Notes: a model not told the origin generated them from the sequence alone. A DNA stretch of 64,000 bases from Octopus vulgaris (GCA_951406725.2 OX597816.1:156240001-156304000); one strand, 5' to 3'. Counted from the stretch's first letter, positions 13,093 to 25,303 are shown. Made by a program: numbers and translations.

Positions 13093-15156
13093 ATGTCTCC
13101 ATCTATCTATAAATACAATTTTTTTCCTGGGCAATAAACATAGTAATCGAAGTAAAGATAGACGTTTAGGCCTAGAAGGAAGTGGACGTCAATGTAGGCG
13201 TGTAGAGGGTATGAAAACGTAAATTACCAACTGAAAGTGCAACGAAAAATATAATAATCACGATACTTGTTGCCGACGGTAGATGCGTTTTTAAAAAGGG
13301 TGTTTAATGTTTCTTGCCGAAATCTTTTATCTGAAAGTGGAATAATTGCGAAAAAGCAAAAGAACGAGAGGTAAATGAGAAAAAAGTTGCTAAGGAAAAC
13401 AAGTAATGCCAAAAACGATATGTGTTACTTAAGCTTGCGCCATTCAGGAAAGCGACATAGCCATTGCTGAACGAAGACAAATGGCTTTCAGCAATCAAAA
13501 CTTTCAATGGGAGATAGTTGGCGAGATCGCGGTCGGTGTGTGTGTGTGTTGTGTAATAGAGTGTGTGGATGTCTATATGAAATTTATTGAGTAACTGTGC
13601 ATACGTTTGTGTTCGTGCGTATTCTTTGTGATGTACTGTGTATGTTTGTATTTACAGTGTATATGCTTATGTATGTTTATGAAAGTTAAATGTATGACTC
13701 AACAGCTACAGTCTACGTGTGTGTATGTGTGTGATGAGCTTTATTTTGAAATATATTTATCTGTTCATTGAACGTATTTTTGTGTCTGTGGATTTGACTA
13801 ATGTACTTAGTATGCGCGTCTTTGTATGCTAGGGATGCGTTTGTGTGTTTTTTATATAAAGGTACTAGTTGAATTTACCTGTGCCTCTGTTCTTATGTAT
13901 ATGCTAGGCTCTATATAGTCGTATTATTTGCGATTGTGATCGTATTCTAGATATTTCGGTATCTCTTTTTTCTTTAGTTGTAACTTACGTCCATAAAAAC
14001 TGACAGGAATATTTCTTTTTCCCTCTCAACCTACTATTTATGAGCTAATTTCTTTGTTACATTAATATAAATTGAATGCTCATGTATGTCAACACACTTT
14101 TTAACAGTTTTGGTATTTGTTGCATTGGTGTCTATATCCTACGTATCCACTTCATATTAGAAAATCTCCAACATTTCCCTTCTCGTCTCCATATTCAAAT
14201 AGCTGCTATGTTGTCAATCAATAAGATTACTATTCTTTCATTTACATATTTTACGATATACATACATTTCCACATCATAATTATTATATGTCATTCGTGT
14301 TTCATCCTTCCTGAATGACTGAACATCAGAAATGAGAAACTCAGAGTAATGTTTACTTAAGCTTTAACATCCATTGAAAGATGTATAAGGCTGCTTTCAG
14401 TGCTAAGTATTCTCTCCTTTCTTTTCCCACTGATCTATTTACGTATGCATGCACACATATGAAAAGTCACACGTAGACACATTCTCACACATACGCCTTT
14501 AAATAGACGTATATGTGAAGTCTTAAAGCGTCTGAGTATCACAAATGTTTGAATCGTATTTATTACATATTCGTTCTATCCTCATCGTTCGTTCCAATTA
14601 TTTAATATTCACCCATAGTCACTACGATTTTTAGAATACCCGCAACAGTATCACTAAAATTCCGTTGTATTTCCTCCTGGTTAATGTGTTGTATACACAA
14701 AATCCATTCAAATATAAAATGATGTCTCAGTCTAAGGTTACGTATACATATCAAGTTTATTTGCTCTAATCTAGATTATTCCACTGCATCCTATTTCCTT
14801 CGTGTCGACATGCTGTCAGAGCTATAATGAAATTTTGATCAGGTGCAGATTACTGGTTGTCAAAAACATCTTTTATTTGTGTGTTAGGATGTGAACAGTG
14901 AAGATCTTCAATATCTACTGAAATACTCTTCAAGTGTAATAATAAACTTTACATAAAAAAGCAGTATTAAATATTCATGGAGATTTCATTGGATTCTGTA
15001 GATTCCGGCAATTTATTTAGGGATAGCAGCAAAGTTGATGTACATAAAACAATTTATAATCTCAAACAACTCAATCTACCAGCTGCTCATGATAGTAATA
15101 TGTGCATATACGATTGTAGTCAAAGTATACATACATACATCATACATACATATACA

Positions 15157-15190
<34 letters not shown>

Positions 15191-15984
15191 CACATACATA
15201 TATATATAAATCTGTGCATTTGTCAGCGTCTAGTCTCAAGAAAGCCTTTTTGTTAAAGTGTGAACCTTGACTTTGTGCATATCGTTCTGTTTAGGATACG
15301 TTTGCATATAACATATCTCAAATATACCAGTTTACTGAATATCACCAAAAGGTTTGCTATAGTTAATACGAAAATATATCCCAATTTTATTTCATATATA
15401 TGTGTGTGTTTGAAAAAAACTATTTCAGCAATAGGTTTCAAGAGTTAAGCAAAGTATGTAAAAGGATATCTATAAATAACAACAAAGAAAAAAGATGTTG
15501 CGTTAACCTAAATGGGCTGGTTTATGAACCGAGAATAGTTCGGGAATAATTCCCCTTTTCAAATACTAGAGAGTAAATAGTTAAATGGTTTGGTGTTACG
15601 TGTTATCAATGAAAGGCCATTCGAGTGTGGATGGATGAAATCAATGAACAATTACTGTATTCATAGTTATAGTTGGTTAAGATAAATAGTTTCCGTAGCA
15701 GCATATAGTGTGCTATTGCAGTAGGGACAGTGGTGAGTGACGTGGGATAACAATTCAGTGCGCGTGACAGTATGAGAAACATCCATTAGGAATAAGTGAA
15801 ATTAAACTGAAGTCACTAGTGAAGCTAATATTAGAATTTCTTTTTAAAGAGGGTAGTACGTACTAAGCAATCATATTGTTTATACCATTACAATACACAC
15901 ACACGTACATACATATATGTATGCATATATATATATATGTAAATGTGATATATATATATATCACAATCATCATCATCATCATCT

Positions 15985-16340
15985 GGTGGACAGTGATCGG
16001 GTGGTTTTCATCCGCACACACCATCTGACGTCGTACTGCATAAATTGAGAAAGGTGTTCAGAGAGGCGATTAGTGTCTCGGATGAGGTCATCTGCAAACA
16101 TTGTTCGCACGACCTCCAAGAGTATGGCCACACCTTTACATCCATAGCCCCAGGCCACTTGTCAGCTAACCTTCAGCTCATCAGCAATGTCCTGCGAAGT
16201 GCAAGGATCTTTCCCTTAGAATGGTAGAAATAAATTTGTTTGTTGATGAGATGATTTCTTCAAGATGTGCCTGAGGCTCCTCTTAACATTCGTATCCAAG
16301 ACCCTTCTCGTTTGGATTGCAGCTTTTTCGTAACGGGTAA
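15985..16340 (-). mobile_element. 3' end of an RTE-clade LINE with a (GAT)n tail
   Basis: The minus strand reads VTKKLQSKREGSWIRMLRGASGTS*RNHLINKQIY..ILRERSLHFAGHC..MFADDLIRDT..QYDVRW. This matches the RTE post-RT pattern (RMLR..SW..HxTNxxLY..RRLxFAGHC). It ends in (GAT)n at about 15970-15985. Confidence 0.75.
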
Positions 16341-16566
16341 TTGCAAATCAATAAATATGCATAAGTATTTGGGTGCTGATATGTTTAGGTGTTGAATACC
16401 TTTATCTTTATGGTATTAGTAGTGGGTAAATTGGGAGAGTATTGATGGGAAAGCATACTTAATAAATGTGTGAATACATATATAGATACATACATACATA
16501 CATACATACATACATGCATACATACATACATACATACATACATACATACATACATACATACATACA

Positions 16567-16599
<33 letters not shown>

Positions 16600-16900
16600 G
16601 CATACATACATATATATATATACATACATATTTAAGATGAGGGTGAGAAATTAGATATTAATTTAATTAACATCGATTTCACATTTATGTAAGTAAAATT
16701 ACGTAATATGTTAATAGTGAAACATGTATTCGAATAATCCATATTTATATTGCTTTTTCTTTTGTCGTGCTCGATTACGGTTTGTATGTTTTGCTAAACT
16801 TTTCTTGAGAACATTTCTTAGTGGTAAGGCCCTAGCGAATCTATTTCTAGTATAAGGGTGTCTACATAGTGGTTTCCCTCTAATATGTATATATATATAT

Positions 16901-16974
<74 letters not shown>

Positions 16975-17051
16975 CATACGCATACAGGCACATATATATA
17001 CGTATTATATATGTACATATATAAACATACATATATATATATATATATATA

Positions 17052-17551
17052 TGAAACACTACACCACATCATGCCACACAACACAACACCAGATCAAACC
17101 ACATCACATCGCATCACACTACCGCGCACACACTAGCACTGATCACGTCCCAGCACCCACACCATCATCCACATACCTACACATTGCAGATGCACACACT
17201 TACACACGCACACATTCAAACGCCAAGGTCACCAGCCTCTATCCACATGCACACACACACACTCTCACATACATACGCACACTCACAGTGGCTTTGGGAA
17301 CACCGATACTTTATTATCTCCGCTTCTAGCTCTTCTCTCTAATCACCTTTGTTCATCTAATCGTCATGATTGACCGCTAGCCGCTAAAGCTTTTTTTGTA
17401 TTTTGTTTCTGTTTACTTTCTCGTGTTCCTTCCAGTTGAAGCGCGTAGGTTCAAAACGTAAAAGACTTTCTCACCTTTCCGAGCGTTAAACTAACATACC
17501 TGTTTGTTGTTTAAACACGTCTTGGATTTTTTTTTGTTTTCCGTAAATTCC

Positions 17552-17555
<4 letters not shown>
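17052..17555 (+). mobile_element. PLE-derived 3' terminal fragment, same family as 23978-25257
   Basis: A CAC-rich tract followed by TTTTATTATCTCC..GATTGACCGCTAGCC..GTTGAAGCGCGTAGGTTCAAAACGTAAAAGACTTTCTCAC..GCGTTAAACTAA, parallel to 25010-25257. Confidence 0.75.
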
Positions 17556-17608
<53 letters not shown>

Positions 17609-17613
<5 letters not shown>

Positions 17614-17802
17614 GTCTATATTTAGCGATAAACCAGGTGGATAACCATACGCTAGAAGGTAAACCACTAGGTGGATAACCATACGCTAGAAGAAGATCAC
17701 ATACGATCTAACTAGAAAGATAGTTGTAGATAGATCATATATGCTCTTCTTCTAGCGTATGGTTATCCACCAAGTGGTTTATACCTAAATATATACATGT
17801 AT
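17609..17802. repeat. About 190-bp palindromic (foldback/MITE-like) element with an internal direct duplication
   Basis: TAAACCACTAGGTGGATAACCATACGCTAGAAGAAG is mirrored by CTTCTTCTAGCGTATGGTTATCCACCAAGTGGTTTA. The outer arms are ACATGTCTATATTTAG and CTAAATATATACATGT. Confidence 0.85.
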
Positions 17803-17939
17803 TGAAATTTTTTCTGATTTATCTAATATGTATATATATATATATAGAGAGAGAGAGAGCATACGCATACTGGCTTTAAATTGATATTAATTAAATTAAT
17901 ATTCAGTTTATATCCCTCATTATTTAAATTATATATATT

Positions 17940-18520
17940 CTTGGCACGCTCTCTTTCTTCTCCTCTCCTTAATTCCTTCTTTCTCTCTCTTCTCCTCCTC
18001 TTTGGTGCCTTTGTCCCTCTTTCTCTCTCTCTCTCTTTGATTCCTTTGCCCCTTTTTTCTCTCCCTTCACTTCTCACGTAACCGCCGGTCAACTAGCCTT
18101 TCGGCTTCTGAGCACCGCCACGACAACATCGATTTCTTCGTCTGCCGTAAGGTATTATTTTCCAAATACGCCAGCTAAGCTAAGTTGAACTGTCTAAAGT
18201 TGAAGGACACCTGTTGTTTTTGTCCTGTTATTATTGTCCTGTTATTATTATTATTGCTTTTTGAATTTATATTCGTGTAGCATCGTCCGTTTTTCTGTTC
18301 TTGTTTCGTATACATTCGATCCTTTTTCCAAGAAATCTAATGCTCGTAGCTTAGTTTTCCCTTGGGGCTGGCCGGATCGGAACGATCTCAAGATTAATCA
18401 GCCGAAATTGCGAGGATGATCCGGTTCTTGACTGAAGATTAGAGGATTCGAATGACCCGTCCGTTTTTTTTTTTTGTGTCGTCTATTTGTTTTACGTTGT
18501 TGTCCCATTTTGTATTTTTA
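17940..18520 (+). mobile_element. Unclassified interspersed repeat (CT-rich head, GC-richer body), possibly PLE-derived
   Basis: A compositionally distinct block between (TA)n tracts; it contains CTGAAGA..TTCGAATG near 18432 and a T-rich tail like the other PLE ends here. Confidence 0.4.
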
Positions 18521-18531
18521 TATATATTTTT

Positions 18532-18562
<31 letters not shown>

Positions 18563-18563
<1 letters not shown>

Positions 18564-18943
18564 CTCTCTATATAAACGGCAGTTTGTCTGTGCGTTTTCT
18601 GTGTGTCTGTTTTCTCGTACCCTCACTCTGACCACGGCTTTCAACCGATTCTGATGAAACTTGACACACACATAGCCCAATGTCATAATTCAAAACTAAC
18701 GCAGCGAAAATTTTGTAAAGTTCCCCCAGTTCTGAAAAAATCGATAAATTCGACATGGGGTCGAGAATCAGAAACCCAAACCACAGACCGTCTAGGGGAC
18801 GCAACTCCACCTTTTTTAACTCTCAAAAAAAATTTACCATAATTTTTTTTCCATTTTTTTGCTATTTTTTTGCTATAACTCTCTAAAAATGCTTTATAGT
18901 TATTTCCCTTACAAACCTGAGCAACGCCGGGCGATACTGCTAG
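18563..18943 (+). mobile_element. Non-autonomous Helitron
   Basis: 5' TC(TCTCTATATAAA), subterminal GC hairpin CCTGAGCAACGCCGGG and 3' CTAG (18940-18943). It is inserted between A and T in (TA)n with no TSD, and carries the internal motif CCGATTCTGATGAAACTTG. Confidence 0.85.
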
Positions 18944-19159
18944 TATATATATATATATATATTACGGAGATGTGCTCGCATAGCAAGTAATTTGATCTGA
19001 GATCGTGTGCTGAAACGAAAACAATTGCAGCGTGGAACGTGTTTATAAGCCATTTAAGAAACACACAAAAGCCGTTCGATTCACTTCAATATTTAAGTTT
19101 AATTTGTCAAAATATTTTCGTCGCTAAAATATATATTTATATATGTATATGTGTGTGTG

Positions 19160-19305
19160 TAATTGAAATTTATAGAAAAAAGCAAGATGAAGACAGGTGT
19201 ATGAACAAGTGTATTAGTTTGACACTCGGGAAAAATGAGAAAGTCTTTTACGTCTCGATCCTACGTTCTTCAACAGAAAAGTATATGAGAAAATAGAGTG
19301 AAAAT
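19160..19305 (-). mobile_element. PLE-derived terminal fragment, third copy of the 25110-25257 end
   Basis: The reverse complement reads TTTTCTGTTGAAGAACGTAGGATCGAGACGTAAAAGACTTTCTCA..CAAACTAATACAC..GTAAA-like tail. Confidence 0.75.
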
Positions 19306-20804
19306 AACTGTAGGTTTCAGCGGTCCAGCATATGTATATATATATATATTTATATATACAGACCCAGACACATGCACACACATACACACACATATGTATG
19401 TATCACAGGAGGAGAGTTTTGTATATTTGTCTATGTATACATACACACACATACGCATGCGCGTGTGTAAGTCAAAAGTTGTGCATGAACAGACAATGGT
19501 AAATATTAGATGGTTACAGTACTCAAGTAGACAATCGAAAATATATAGGTCTAAAATAGACAGCAAATATTAGGTAGGCCTCTTAATATGACAGCATATA
19601 AGAATGAGATTAGAGACAGTTGAATTACTTCGGCTAAGTAAACTCTCATAGCTAGGCCAGTGTGTGAGTGTGTGCGTGAGCGTGTGTGAGTGTGTGCGTG
19701 AGCGTGTGTGCCGGTAGGCAAATGGCTATATGGGCACAGACTTCTTTTTTGCATGCTATGACGTTCACATCGTTAACGGGTATTCCGAGGTTCAATCCCA
19801 CTCGATGGCAATTTATAGAATTATGCCAAAGCAATATTCTATGAAATATTCAACCACATGGTTAATGCAGCGAGAACTTAGCTTACTAAGTTAGCTTACA
19901 CGTCCATTCAGTCATCAAGTTATGAATATGAACACATACGCGCGGTCTATATGTGTTGTGTGCATGTACATCTATGTCTAGAAATACATGTCAGTGTACA
20001 CGCACACATGCGCGTGTGTGTGTGTGTGTGTACATATGCAATTAAGAGAAGAAATGGAGAGTTAATGATTAATTTATTAACTTATTGATAATCACTTTTA
20101 CAACTGTTTAAATTAATATTCAATGAATTACAAATTTATGTAATGCATTTGCTTCCATAAGTTGTGAGCAATATATCATCAGGAAAATACATGGTGAACA
20201 ATTTTTTTACATACAAAAATTCAACAAAAAAACTGTTTTTTTGCTGAATTTTTTTCTTGAGAACACATTCTTTGTGGAAAATGGCGATTTTGATGTCCAT
20301 ATCTAGCATATAGGCTGTCCACTTTTAGTGGTCAGTCCTCTAAATTTTGTATATATATACAAAGATGGCCTCTCTAATATATATACATATATATATATAT
20401 AGCGAGAGAGACATAGATGTGTGTGTGTGTATATGTATAGTTATACATATGTCTACGTACGTTTATAATCATACATTTATATGCGGCTGTTATTCCAAAA
20501 TGAATAACTTTTAACTTTTCTCAATGGCACTTGTCGAAGTAAATGCAGATTGGTTGGGTGTGATTTTAATGGAAAGTTCAAGTAAATTTCCCTGCAATAA
20601 TAACTGGCTGGAAGAAATATAACCAAAATTTAATAAAGCACGAGATGTGATATTAAACAGAGTGATATATACATACATATATATATGTATAATATATATA
20701 CAATGCACATGTATATGTGTGTGTCTGGTTGTGCGTTTTCAGGAGGCGCGTGTGATCATATATATGCGTGTGTGTGTGTGTGTGTGGGTGTGTGGGTATG
20801 TATG

Positions 20805-20842
<38 letters not shown>

Positions 20843-21244
20843 TATCATACAATTAGTGTTAACTTTCAGGCTATAGAGCAGTGATGTTCAAGAAGTTTAT
20901 ATTTGGTTTGGCAGTTTTGTTGCTTTCGTAAATAGTATTTCTGAAGACTCTTGACATATTTGCCTAAAGTATTGAACAAATATTCTATACCAAATCCTTA
21001 CACATAATATTGGATAAATATAAACATGAGATCATTTCCATGCCAATGAAGTATTTATTCACGAGGAAACAGTACCTTCCTAACTCATTCACTACGTATG
21101 TATATGTATTTTTGTCACAAACATTACATCTCAATTTATATTCTATCTTGTTCTATACTAATCATGTCAACCATTTTTGTATCTTTATATATATATGTGT
21201 GCGTGTGTGTATGTGTGTGTGGGTGTGTGTGTGTGTATGTGTGT

Positions 21245-22420
21245 AAAACAAAATAGAATAAAAACTACAGGAGACTTGAATTATAGGGTTGAAAATATAT
21301 TAAAATCGCCATGTTATGAAAATGTTATAAGATTTTGCGTATGGGGACGTTGTTTTTTGGAGAAATAGCCGGTTTCGAATTTTCATTTCAACTTTATCAA
21401 ATTTCATTACCGGTATTGTATCATCTCTTCGTTATGGTGTGATGTAGAAGAGTTCCAAACAGGTGGAGGTAATTAGAGATTTTTCAGTATAAGTGAGATA
21501 ATAAAAAATGCTTGGAATGTTTAAGTTTTGTTATTTTAACAAGATTTGGTTTTGACAGAATAAAATGTTAGACGTTGTTAAGCTTTGGCTTATATTTTTC
21601 AATGAAGTATGTTTCCTTATTTAAAAATGCTATACATAGTTAGGTTTTTGCATATATTTTTCAATAAAGTTAGTTTCCTTATTTAATCTAATTTGTGTTG
21701 GTGTTCCAATGACATATTGATAAAATGGGAAGATTACAAATTGTGATAGCAGTTGCTCTGCGCATCTCTCAATGTTTTCACTAAAGGGCATAATTCTGTA
21801 TTCTGAGAATGCAATCTGCTGTCGGTTCAGAGTGCATCTCCGCCTGAGCGATAATTCTGTGGACTCTATGTAGTTTTGGTGGCAACCCGAGCATCTTAAA
21901 ACATAATCAGGTTTTCTGAGGTCCAAGTAAAATCAAATTTGATTTTGAATTGTTGCCCCTCTTTAAAAAGTAATTCTGATCCTTCTAGAAGATTTGAGCA
22001 ATTTCGTCGACCACTTTTTTTCCCTTTTTGTCCATTACTTTAGAAAATAATTTTGCCTTTGTGAGGATCTTTTTTAGTGACATCAGTTGTTTGTGGCTTT
22101 TAATGATCTTTTGTGCGTGATAAATTTCCTATAATTTGGGGACCTTATGTAGCATTGGTAGATTTGGGGTGAAGATGATGAAGGCTTCTTTGTTTCTGGG
22201 GTTGTATGTGGATATGTACGGCAGTGTTGAACTTTCCTAAAGGTTTTTATGTCGATTTGTGTTGCACGTCTGATTCCATCCTCTATGAGTTATACTAGGC
22301 AATGTCTGTCAATTAGGGTATTTTGAGTTCTTCCAGTTTAAGGTCCCTGCCATTTTCTTTTGACACTATAGTGCATATCCTTGCAAGGTTGAAGGGGCAC
22401 TTATAGGTTTGATCGTATGT
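21245..22420 (-). mobile_element. Penelope-like element remnant: RT thumb, GIY-YIG and 3' end
   Basis: PFNLARICTIVSKENGRDLKLEELK (thumb) at about 22400-22325. ORF 21630-21926 reads YVLRCSGCHQNYIESTELSLRRRC..FVIFPFY..RLNKETNFIEKY (GIY-YIG). Confidence 0.85.
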
Positions 22421-22647
22421 TTGAAATATGGAATCTTACATGCGGTGATACTGCGGCAGTAACAATTGAATAAATCCACCGGACAAAATTATCATCAACT
22501 AAAATCAGCGATACCCAGACTTGCAGAAACAGCCTCACTCAACGTATGTGTTTCGCTTCAATGCCAGTTTGCTGCCGCAAAGGTCCTGATGAAGAGCATC
22601 TGAAGGACAACACACTCATTGCACTGGGTCCTAAAGTACCTGGAAGT

Positions 22648-22711
<64 letters not shown>

Positions 22712-22713
<2 letters not shown>

Positions 22714-23169
22714 AATAAATAAATGGTGTTTAACGCAGGTATAAATCAAATATTTTTACTTCTGTAATCTACTTCTGACGTTATATCATATAACGTTTTT
22801 TTAAACAATATTAATAGCGTTCAGTTAATCGCTGTACAAATCCATCATTTTTTGCTAAAATGTCTTATTGACGAATTTCGTTTTTTCACTTTCCTGAAGA
22901 GAAGATTGCATTGTTTATACCATTTATTCTTTTGAATAATATAAGTGGAATTTTCGAAACATGTGTCGAAAGTAAAAATATTTGATTTATACCTGCGTTA
23001 AACTCCATTTATTTATTCATATATTATACAAAAGCTTCTACCGTTATAAAAAGTTTCTACCGTTATAAAAAAGTAGTTACAACGTTTTTACTTGTGAGAT
23101 TTTTTGCTACCCTGGTAACTATTTATTTACTTTTTCCGTGTTAATTGTTAACAAGGTAAAAATACACTC

Positions 23170-23175
<6 letters not shown>
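22712..23175 (+). mobile_element. Short non-coding element with a 50-bp inverted repeat and a hammerhead ribozyme, probably PLE pLTR-derived
   Basis: The inverted arms 22712-22761 and 22970-23019 differ by one mismatch. The element is flanked by (TA)n/(TG)n, and a related fragment lies at 53838-53883. Confidence 0.7.
22888..22973 (+). ncRNA. Minimal type I hammerhead ribozyme (predicted)
   Basis: Helix I ACUUUC/GAAAGU; core CUGAAGA (22894-22900); helix II GAAGAUU/AAUUUUC; GAAA (22956-22959); helix III AC-AUGU-GU (palindromic ACAUGU); predicted GUC cleavage after 22967. Confidence 0.8.
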
Positions 23176-23251
<76 letters not shown>

Positions 23252-23252
23252 A

Positions 23253-23299
<47 letters not shown>

Positions 23300-23937
23300 T
23301 ATATATCATATATCATATATATATATATATATATATATATACGTAAACTGCAAACTGACACAGATTTGCATTGCTTAATATAATATTTCTGGCGTAAACA
23401 AAATGATCTACCTGAAACAAATAATTAATATATTTATCTTCTACGGATATACATGAATTTACCTGTCCTTTCGTTTGCGTATACTTGCATAACATAATAG
23501 ATATACAATTTATACAACGATAATATAATATAATAAAGAATTTTAAATGAACTATTAATAGAAACCATTGTAATATTCCTAGAAATTTTCCCATACTGAC
23601 CAGAAATATAATTTATAAACACAATAAATTACAATAAACGATATTTTCTTTTCTATATTTTCTTTTGAATTTCATTCGAGAAATATTTTAAATAAATTTG
23701 TAATTTTATAAATATAATCTTTTCAGTGTTCGATAAATTAAAAATAATGAGATTTCTGCTTCAGTATATTTTACAAACATTTTCTAAATGAAAGAGAAAA
23801 TGAAATAAGAATAACAAGCGAACATAATTGAAGAGGTAAAAAATATTATATAAATATATATATATATATATATATACTGTATATTTATATATGTGTGTGT
23901 GTGTATACATGCATATATATACATATGTATATGTATA

Positions 23938-23969
<32 letters not shown>

Positions 23970-23977
23970 CATACATA

Positions 23978-25252
23978 CGGCACGTTTCTCGACATTTTGG
24001 TCAGCATTCATCACCCTACTCTCACCACCTCCATCCACTACAAACAGACTCACATTCATACCTCAACGTTTCCTCCTCCGACCATAAACACGCGAAGCTC
24101 TCCATCCCCTATTCCCAATTCCTCCGTCTGCGCAGGCTCTGCAGTGACAACCATAACTTTAAGATACAGTCTCAACTCATGGCTGGCCACTACATCCTAA
24201 GTTTATATCCTCTCACCACTATCCACACCCTTGCCCTGGAACGTGCATCTGCGCTCCTCCCACAAACCCGTTCCGCCTCCCGTTTCTCCCCTTTCCCCTC
24301 ACCTACCACCCCTCGAACCTACCACTCCTACCACTCTCTGAAAATTCCGCCGACTCCAGTCCGACACCTCCTATTCGCAGCTCTTCCCTAACTGACCCTC
24401 CACGCCTTCAAACGAGCCCACAACCTAGGTGACCTCCTGTTTCACAGTTTCTTCCCTAACCCAACCTCCCAAGCCTGCTTGGTCCCCTCCTCTCCCCTCT
24501 CTTCCTCTCACACCTACATCCTCCCTTCACTCTCACTAACCTCTCCTCTCTTCTCTTGCTCTAACACCTCCTTCCTTTCTTCTCTCCTACCCACCTTCTC
24601 CCATCCACATTTATCGTCACCCCGCCATTGTTACCCACTCCTACACATTCCTACTCCACCATCTCTGTACTTCCCCCACCCCATCTCACACACTCCACTC
24701 ACTCATACACAACCCCACTCTCACACACAACTCCTACACACCCCACCCGTAACCCAACCTTAAACTTAACACACACCCCAACGTTGCTTCAGCCACACCC
24801 CGACACCACCACACCACACCACATCATGCCACTCCACGCCACATACCACCGCACCACGCACCACCACACCACACACCACCACACACCACCATACTACACT
24901 ACACCACATCACACCGCCCCGCACATGTCAAGGTTACCAGTCCCCTTCCACACTCACATACACGCTCTAACATGCATACGCACGCGCACCTGCGTTTTGG
25001 GATCACCACTATTTTATTATCTCCCCTTCTTCCTAGCTCTCCTGTCTGACAACCTCTGTCTGGCATTCACCATGATTGATTGCTAGCCACTAAACCTTTT
25101 CTTTTTATTTTCTCTCTCTGTTCCTTTCTGTTGAAGAGCGTAGCCTCGAAACGTAAAAGACTTTCTCACTTCCATAGCGTTAAACTAATACATATGTTTG
25201 TTGTTTACACACCCGTCTTCGTCTTTTGTTTTGTTTGTTTCTTTTTGTAAAT

Positions 25253-25257
<5 letters not shown>
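23978..25257 (+). mobile_element. Penelope-like element: RT C-terminus/thumb, C-rich low-complexity middle, pLTR-like 3' end
   Basis: [68 protein letters not shown] are typical PLE RT motifs (FLD, YL..SS.HP, IPYSQFLRLRRICS). Confidence 0.88.

Positions 25258-25303
<46 letters not shown>

Noticed and set aside
11525-13222. Six long ORFs (406-565 aa) of MYVC/HTYI repeats
   Set aside because: They are translations of a stop-free (TATG)n array and give no coding evidence
22571-22610. CCTGATGAAGAGC resembling a hammerhead core or miR-745
   Set aside because: No downstream GAAA or helix III and no precursor hairpin; the match is discontinuous
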